Source: a virus (Duplodnaviria > Heunggongvirae > Uroviricota > Caudoviricetes). Taken from it: DNA of 64,000 bases. The notes under the pieces are model-generated. The model did not search any database. It saw nothing but the letters and a program-made list of their open reading frames with translations, and was not told the DNA's origin. The number at the start of each line of letters is the position of its first letter. The first letter of the stretch is position 1. Both the position numbers and the translations under genes were made by a program. Positions 59,301 to 64,000 of the stretch are shown here, in pieces. The DNA is taken from IMG/VR virus record IMGVR_UViG_3300028048_001599. One strand, written 5' to 3'.

Positions 59301-61856
59301 ACTTATAAGAATATTGAGAATACTGATATAAGTTGGGATGTAAATGTTACAGGCGTTGCTGCACAGAAACTAAGATTGTACAATAATCCACTTGTATACT
59401 CTGACCATACAACATTTAAGGCTGGTATAGAGTCAGTGAGTTCAAATCTTAGTACAACAAATATTTCCGGTGATACTGCAACGACATTGCACTTAGGTGA
59501 GATAGGTGAGACAACTTATGCTATTATAGGTTATCTTGAATCAGAGGATGGTACATTCTATGACATTCTTGCCGTAAGGTTGCACTGTACCACAACTCAA
59601 CCTATGGGTTGGGTAACAGGTTTCTCATACGCCTATAAAACAAAGGATGACTTAGGTAAAACTCTTGATTATACTCAGGCATTTAACGGTTCAAGAATGT
59701 TCTATGCTACCTCAAAGGGTGCTGAGAAGTTTGATACTGATGGTTATACATTATCGAAAGGTCAGGAAGAGGGGTATAGTTACCCAATATACACAATGAC
59801 AGTTCCAATGATTCATTCAACTAATGGTACGAGGGGATATTCTGATGATGGTATTCAAAATACTGGTAATGTTACATTAAATTTCGATGTTCAAAACATT
59901 AAGAGTTACAGGTCTTTGATATCTGGAGATAATGCTGAGGAGTTTGAAGCTTCTTCTTCTACTCCGACAACAGGTAGTGCTTCTGCCGATGGTACTGTTA
60001 TAATTAAAGATAATACTTCATATGTTAAACGTTACACTAATGGTGATGGTGCTATATATTATAAAAAGTCTGATGGTACTACACAAATTTCTATAAAGTA
60101 TAACGAGAACAATCCATTCTACCATGGCGGAAATAAAAAAATAGAAGTATTTGGGGTATCTGAAGACAATGACGATGAAATCAAATTGTTTGAAATCAGA
60201 CTTGCTAAGACATATAGCTTTGAGAACTATGTAAGAAATAGCTCATTAACAAACAGATATTGGTTTGGTAATCAGGATAATTCACCTGATGGTGAAACAA
60301 CTGAGACACTTGATATTCCTAGTTTCCATGAAAATTATTTTAGTAGAAGTGGTGCTAAAATATCGTCACTGGGTGAAGTTACTGACGAGCACATAGACTT
60401 TTCAGAGTGTCGCAAAAGGGGTTCATATACAACATATCCTGATTATATGACACACTATAAAACCATAAAGGCAGAGGATGGCTCAGAAGCTACTTATACT
60501 GAAAAGATAAACTTCGTAGATTTCAATATACTTGATTATACAGGTTTAGGTGTATCGGATTCATATTGTTACGAAAAAGACGGGATAGTAGTAATAAAGG
60601 ACGAATCAGAGCGAATGTATTTTCACCGAGTAGTAAATAGTGCAAAGACAGCAAGTATAGCTTCATATCGTTATGGTAAGTTTATAGTGGAAAAGTTTGA
60701 TATATTTGTAGGCGGTACTTATATGAGAACTGTTGATACATTGAAATCGGCTAATAATGCAGGTCAAGGTGTATATGACTCACAGTGGGGTTTAACAGTT
60801 TATGTCGAAAGCTACGACTCAAATTACGCAGTAAGGCGTATATGTATTGCAAAAGATGATACAGTAGCAAAAGCTGATTTACCTGACGAGCCTATCTCAA
60901 TTAAACCATATATTAAGTATGAATTACCTGATGGGCAGACTGTAAAGATAGAATGTGCAGAAACAACGTTTGTAAAGTCATTAAACCCTGATAGACAGCT
61001 GTTAAGTGTTAAGACACAAAAAGTGTTGACATCAACATATATTTCAGAGTTTCCTGACGCTGAGGCTGTAAATGTTGATTTTAATGGTAACAATGTAGTA
61101 TATGGGGTAGATTACACAACACTTCCTAATTTGTATATTACAGATGTCGTAGAGCCTAACTGTACTAATTCAAATGTATCGTATAGTATTTCGCCTTGTG
61201 CAACACTTGAACAAAAAGTTGGTGGTACTTGGACTAAGGTATTCACTGCAGCATCAGGTGCTAATGTATACACAACAAATTATACGTTCACTTCCGATGG
61301 TTTGGGAGCGGGGTATGTGTATGAATATCGAATAGTTGCTCAAGATTATACTACTGAGGACCCTGCTAAAATGACACATATAACTTATTTCACACATTTT
61401 ATAGGGGCAGCTACAAGAAATAAAACGATATCAATAGATTTTAAGGAAGACGATGTTGAAACAATGGCACTATATCATGAGATATTAAGTACTGATGGTA
61501 ACTTATCAATTCAACTTAAAAATATGAATGTAGACCAAATAAAGATGCAACAGACAAAGTTCTATGTTGATGATACGTCACTTGAAAGTAATTACTATAA
61601 CATATCTCAAGGTGACTATGCAATTCTTGTAAATTTGCCCGATGGATATACTGCTAAAGTAAAAATCAGAGGTGGTTCAACAGAGGGTTACCTTACTGAA
61701 AACTCGAATGTAAGGGGTAAACGATTAAGACTACCGTTTGCAAATTCACAAAATATAAAGCTTGAGGTAACACTTGAAAGAACGGATATCGCAACACATT
61801 GGGGTATTCAGCAACGAAGAACTTCATATAAGTCTGTACGTGAAAATAAGATTTAA
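53322..61856 (+). CDS. giant (2844-aa) secreted surface protein with GLUG/beta-helix repeats
   Basis: signal peptide; PIGT...PFNGTFDG; GGICG.N.GTI..CY; long Asn/Ile-rich beta-helix-like middle. Confidence 0.8.
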   Translation: MNLRNKRFLSGLLSASIIITSLPLMNVGVTAATPNSVNISVPEKLSKTDDPDYNPTFNFESSEWKTKYDTIVAASSDIHDIGRLPNLEEFRSLYGYTSPDRMTLTRFRQTYGEGSEFIEPSEVITIYIANETELDLMSNLVNNTADSETATEQAYYSTCGYKLMSEIDYTGTTYQPIGTYDYPFNGTFDGDGYELVDVKLIDDVESRAIYSGYDYLGIFGYTGTSAVIRNLGVSAMTLTANYVLGGDAAFLCARNNGTIENCYVNGKTTSKLTISNSTAGGICGENYGTIRGCYADAWVDVATHSGTYSEPQPIATVNHTSDGAVVENCYYIRQAYKDLVVPKDIMVTSPFYKTLADDNNDGTIMGWKYTGDISQINGTPLNYKTFVENMSSQTGVSFGNGKVTGTTKNMWAYGHLYTLNDLRQTVGSCVDFDLQYITPGISSSITGNSGKGCVLEIRTNDEWNTYCKLVNKTMSNETDEEQAFWASMCVTFKGSETITLNGKTVEVFDLYQDDEPLGTETYPFTGYLNYNRNTLIRLHLENRHSGVVTPVIGYNKGNIIFTNMIIDGNDISGYMEKSILCGINDGYLRGDIRDNSYRATNDSQGVNIYSDNPNYSTLANKDYDGITIVGIMRSGTIGVNMGFAYQWYSADDTTVPAGYNYLPLTLVKESGTIDSGKYVKYMSDETFQGYGSKTTNNTNLITDINANSTSVSTFNGQEFKTYANMTISAYPSLVAPEKDADGNYLIRNDRNLVWLIRYASGENAKLMNTIDMSDYTFKGTPFTGSFTLDGTLTDTSDICNNIDLGVTKCYGIINLQVYDTKLSSNVINWNNVYFIGGTFTLGDQMGTKFTGVKSHWLGETVSNIHLSNDYIVNRANGSSTWWSPTQTATGCSVSGRIIINRTNYSWNYPLSFTAEDCVTYETIVYNVDSSNVTALADTVNHSICRQSAIKTGSFTSTTYMHNGGGIGRTVRNCLADWTYNQKGNDKAPIKIFSCDGIATNCTFTGTYIADENRQNTNVSLSNIAVNLVCTPESIIDGNFALTSANSEYVIFRGTLKAYVPYNLKFIGNSTKNAYIDGNIDLYKMTEDSYYTNISNTNELKTRFGFTKLNEAENGLNIFSYGTRDSIFNGNINFIDFDDTCAFTKYNIRMFESNLYGTCINYSNININSKIMLNSLTIFGNGSGSGNLNTKAYNYGNINIGSNTYFKNINVIGSSYGISKNYGNVNVTDGNNLSIILMSGSTYGQTGEKYKNYGNITVNKTGLAGGIQNVYALNKVYAGINYGDILVDFHNNRNYNTNNSDIRDCNICGNNASINVGNIEVKNYTSTDNSYMDNINVYGGGTENYGSIKVHDINSINGTNVTIQSLTNPSYFSTHWYGISKCKVEINNINIKNNLSYSGAHRYVRSTDQFDPEYYISNVDLDINNITCQRCVIRGGYVTSSYYSESGTYEPLIKVSINSNIINDIDINNVTTNKDFRYYGVTDWYCTSDHGYRYNSSTIDINNCNFNTLLYSGVCNKESSYHDAWINNASLNIDNTVITKDSIINGVALNYNNSYNRTTSSNEYKAISNAYSFGPMNINITGAPITINGISNGVKINAEATNKNLIVFNSSDIHVTSDNNIKINGIFSNDNYKVSDSVIYNAINCGNLTATQTGDGIVQICGIADKVARLESVENFGNISTNASNGEVYAICGAVTQAAIGWVNYGDVSAPNLGAYKTVSTIKADSASANLTYGINYGVFDHALSSNVGETLFLVDLSGNWRTIPYGENTFSTDSTVSGVTTKQAKGYNDFDSVINNYDAVGTDDVIPTHITYEDFISPDFGIRYCNYITTNYITSTTKQNYNSENLFEYVTVAKATGRLREEIDERDGAGGYVLCCVTADGKNLMGKELESRLYAENTIKDVNRCSWWSDYEVHDVGFNSYIDGTLKQRDQGSLAELFSMSITSTGTYETTEGNQQNIRNISMLNPFQAPVKVNNTYANDNIVTIVDLYVLANTYKNIENTDISWDVNVTGVAAQKLRLYNNPLVYSDHTTFKAGIESVSSNLSTTNISGDTATTLHLGEIGETTYAIIGYLESEDGTFYDILAVRLHCTTTQPMGWVTGFSYAYKTKDDLGKTLDYTQAFNGSRMFYATSKGAEKFDTDGYTLSKGQEEGYSYPIYTMTVPMIHSTNGTRGYSDDGIQNTGNVTLNFDVQNIKSYRSLISGDNAEEFEASSSTPTTGSASADGTVIIKDNTSYVKRYTNGDGAIYYKKSDGTTQISIKYNENNPFYHGGNKKIEVFGVSEDNDDEIKLFEIRLAKTYSFENYVRNSSLTNRYWFGNQDNSPDGETTETLDIPSFHENYFSRSGAKISSLGEVTDEHIDFSECRKRGSYTTYPDYMTHYKTIKAEDGSEATYTEKINFVDFNILDYTGLGVSDSYCYEKDGIVVIKDESERMYFHRVVNSAKTASIASYRYGKFIVEKFDIFVGGTYMRTVDTLKSANNAGQGVYDSQWGLTVYVESYDSNYAVRRICIAKDDTVAKADLPDEPISIKPYIKYELPDGQTVKIECAETTFVKSLNPDRQLLSVKTQKVLTSTYISEFPDAEAVNVDFNGNNVVYGVDYTTLPNLYITDVVEPNCTNSNVSYSISPCATLEQKVGGTWTKVFTAASGANVYTTNYTFTSDGLGAGYVYEYRIVAQDYTTEDPAKMTHITYFTHFIGAATRNKTISIDFKEDDVETMALYHEILSTDGNLSIQLKNMNVDQIKMQQTKFYVDDTSLESNYYNISQGDYAILVNLPDGYTAKVKIRGGSTEGYLTENSNVRGKRLRLPFANSQNIKLEVTLERTDIATHWGIQQRRTSYKSVRENKI

Positions 61857-61860
61857 TATT

Positions 61861-61899
61861 AAAAGGTCTATTATCTAATGATAGTAGACCTTTTTACTT
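61861..61899 (+). terminator. rho-independent terminator
   Basis: AAAAGGTCTATTATC / GATAGTAGACCTTTT. Confidence 0.75.
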
Positions 61900-62086
61900 T
61901 TTAATAAAAATTTAAAAATGGGATAAAAAAATTATACTATCGTTTATAATATTATATGAAAATGATTTAATCATTTTCGGTGTAAGTGGTTCAGGGGCAG
62001 GACTACTTTACAAAAAATCAAGTTTCGGCTTGATTTAAAGTTGAACGTTGAACTTTAAATTTAAGAAAGAAAGGTTGCGATATGTA

Positions 62087-64000
62087 ATGAATAAGAAAGT
62101 GCAAAAAGCATTGTCACTTATTATTTCTGCTGCAACTATCGGAGGTATGGGAGCAAGCGCAGCTCTTGTAGCCGATGCAACTACAGCAGTAGAAGTGACT
62201 CCGAAGTCAGGTGTTTATGTAGCATCTGATGGCACAATAACAGATAAAGCTGGTAACGTATTTAAGCTTATTAACTCAGAAACAAATGAGGTAGCTTTAG
62301 TAAGAATTGGTGACCCATCAAATGGTGGAAAAACAACAAGTTGGGGTAAAAATTACGTTGTGCCTGATGTAGTAACAGGTGGGGGTAAAACTTATACGGT
62401 TGTTCAAGTAGGTACTGGTTCTTCTATAGCTCCTAAGAATGGTTCTAAGGTAGTAAGTGCTGGTTATACAAGTATAACACTTCCTAATTCTATTAAGACT
62501 GTTTCTTCAAAGGCATTTGACACAAATGTTCTTGGAGAAAATGCAACAATTACTCTTGGTTCAGACAAGAATTTTAAGGGTCTTTATTTTGAATCATTTG
62601 CTGCTGGTGCTTTTGGTAACTATGATACGAGTAAGCTTACAATTCAGACCTATAAGTTGTATGTAAGTACTGCTTATAATTCAACTTATGGTTATATTCG
62701 TTCACTTCCCACTAATTGTACGTTTAAGTCTTATTTCTTGAGTGCTTCATTCTTTATGCTTGACGCTCTGAAAGCAGCGGATACGTCATTTAGCAATTTA
62801 AAATGGGAACCTGTTGAGGCTATCAACTTTGCAGCAGGTGTAAAGACAGATGCACAGGGGTGTAAGTTCTATTATGGTATTTCTCCTATGGGTAATAAAT
62901 TGATGTCTGAAACACAACTTCCACAGGTATATGTAAGAGCTACAGGTACTGCTGGTGATTTCACAGTACGTACACTATCTGGTGCAACGCTTAATAAGTA
63001 TTTTAAGAAAACAGCAGATTTTGATGATTTTTCAATAACTCTTACACCGAGGGATAATAAAATTGCACAGGGTTCACAGACTGTATCTGGTCTTAATAAA
63101 GCCATTGATATAACTCCACAAAGTATTACGGGTAGTGATGATAAAACATCTTTTGTATATCTACCAACTACTGTAAAATTTAGTTCAGGTTATGCTACAG
63201 ATGGATACAAAATATCCACTGCTAACTACTGTAACTCAGCTATTATTGTTAAGCAGGCTAAGGGTTATGTATTTGTTCCTTGGAGTTACATGACTTGGAC
63301 TTATGATAAAAATAAGGCACCTGGAATATCAACTGTGAAAGCTGTTGCCGATACTTCTGCATCTCCGTTATATTCTGGTTCTACTTCAGCTAAGTTCTCT
63401 CTGATAAATGCATCGTTGGCATCTACAGATAAGACTTATATAAATGTTGTGGAATCAGAAGATGGTAAACAAAAAATAAATGTTGTACCTAATGCTGACT
63501 ACTATTATGTTGTAGATTATAAACCAATAGGTACTACTTCTACTAAGTTTGTAACACTTTGGAATGGTATAACACAGGATAAGAAGGGGTATATTATGAC
63601 ATCTGACGATGTTAAATCTGCTAGTGTACCTGCTAATTACGCTTCACTTGTAAGAGTTCGTGCTTATTCTGCTAAGTCAACTTCTGCTTTAGTTGATAGT
63701 TCATATACAATAATTCATCCTGAATCACTTATGGTTCAGCACACAGAATATGATAGTAGCGGAGCATCTAAAACTGTATATAACACATTGATGAAGCCTG
63801 TTGTTAGAGTAAATAAGTCTTTCAGGGTTGTATATTTTGCAAAAGATATAAGGGTTAACAATGTTGTTGACACAAATCAAAAGTATTATATCACCATTTA
63901 TAAGTCAAATAATGGTACAGCTCCTAAAGTGCTTAAAGATAAGGAGTTAATGACTGCTCATAGTGGTTATTATAATCATGCTTATTACTATGATGCAAAG
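62087..64000 (+). CDS. secreted surface protein with BspA-like LRR, truncated by the window end
   Basis: ATG 62087 after GAAAGG; MNKKVQKALSLII... signal peptide; VVPDVV...YTVVQVG...SITLPNSIKTVSSKAF; appears open to 64000. Confidence 0.7.
   Translation, partial: MNKKVQKALSLIISAATIGGMGASAALVADATTAVEVTPKSGVYVASDGTITDKAGNVFKLINSETNEVALVRIGDPSNGGKTTSWGKNYVVPDVVTGGGKTYTVVQVGTGSSIAPKNGSKVVSAGYTSITLPNSIKTVSSKAFDTNVLGENATITLGSDKNFKGLYFESFAAGAFGNYDTSKLTIQTYKLYVSTAYNSTYGYIRSLPTNCTFKSYFLSASFFMLDALKAADTSFSNLKWEPVEAINFAAGVKTDAQGCKFYYGISPMGNKLMSETQLPQVYVRATGTAGDFTVRTLSGATLNKYFKKTADFDDFSITLTPRDNKIAQGSQTVSGLNKAIDITPQSITGSDDKTSFVYLPTTVKFSSGYATDGYKISTANYCNSAIIVKQAKGYVFVPWSYMTWTYDKNKAPGISTVKAVADTSASPLYSGSTSAKFSLINASLASTDKTYINVVESEDGKQKINVVPNADYYYVVDYKPIGTTSTKFVTLWNGITQDKKGYIMTSDDVKSASVPANYASLVRVRAYSAKSTSALVDSSYTIIHPESLMVQHTEYDSSGASKTVYNTLMKPVVRVNKSFRVVYFAKDIRVNNVVDTNQKYYITIYKSNNGTAPKVLKDKELMTAHSGYYNHAYYYDAK

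Noticed and set aside
61975-62065. Riboswitch in the leader of the 62087 surface-protein gene
   Set aside because: Two hairpins are present, but there is no match to c-di-GMP, c-di-AMP or other aptamer cores I know.
1259-63105. Short minus-strand and nested plus-strand ORFs inside long genes (e.g. 6052, 7319, 14111, 25168, 45006, 60824)
   Set aside because: Shadow frames of biased-codon genes; no RBS and no recognisable domains.
1-64000. Definite identification as a phage; DGR, retron or CRISPR-Cas systems
   Set aside because: No capsid, terminase, tail, reverse transcriptase or cas genes in this window; phage vs megaplasmid stays open.

Overview
AT-rich window with essentially all real genes on the + strand. 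It looks like part of a large Firmicutes (Clostridia/Ruminococcus-like) extrachromosomal replicon, either a jumbo phage or a phage-like megaplasmid; no virion genes are visible, so this cannot be settled here. Layout: (1) 1-13.2 kb replication/topology module (SNF2 helicase, degenerate DnaC-like Zn-finger protein, GyrB and GyrA-like topoisomerase II subunits split by three unrelated genes, DnaB-like helicase). (2) 13-24 kb small hypothetical, membrane and lipoprotein genes. (3) 24-30 kb Ig-like (Big_2) secreted proteins. (4) 30.8-47 kb a very RNA-dense zone behind three tandem sigmaA promoters. It holds 13 canonical tRNAs (one Leu-UAA with a group I intron, next to a free-standing HNH gene), tmRNA, many aberrant tRNA-like RNAs, GOLLD-like and two ROOL-like large RNAs, four copies of a Y-RNA-like motif, ro60/TROVE and nrdD. 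(5) 49-64 kb SipW plus TasA/CalY-like fibre operon, a 2844-aa GLUG surface protein and a partial LRR surface protein. Strongest novel signals: a modular Y-RNA-like family with Ro60; two tRNA mimics with a compensated D-loop/T-loop swap and no functional anticodon; armless tRNA minihelices punctuating the long transcript; and a strongly strand-polarised GGGGTA hexamer (about 127 vs about 4, counted by eye). All family assignments come from motif recognition only; no database searches were run.
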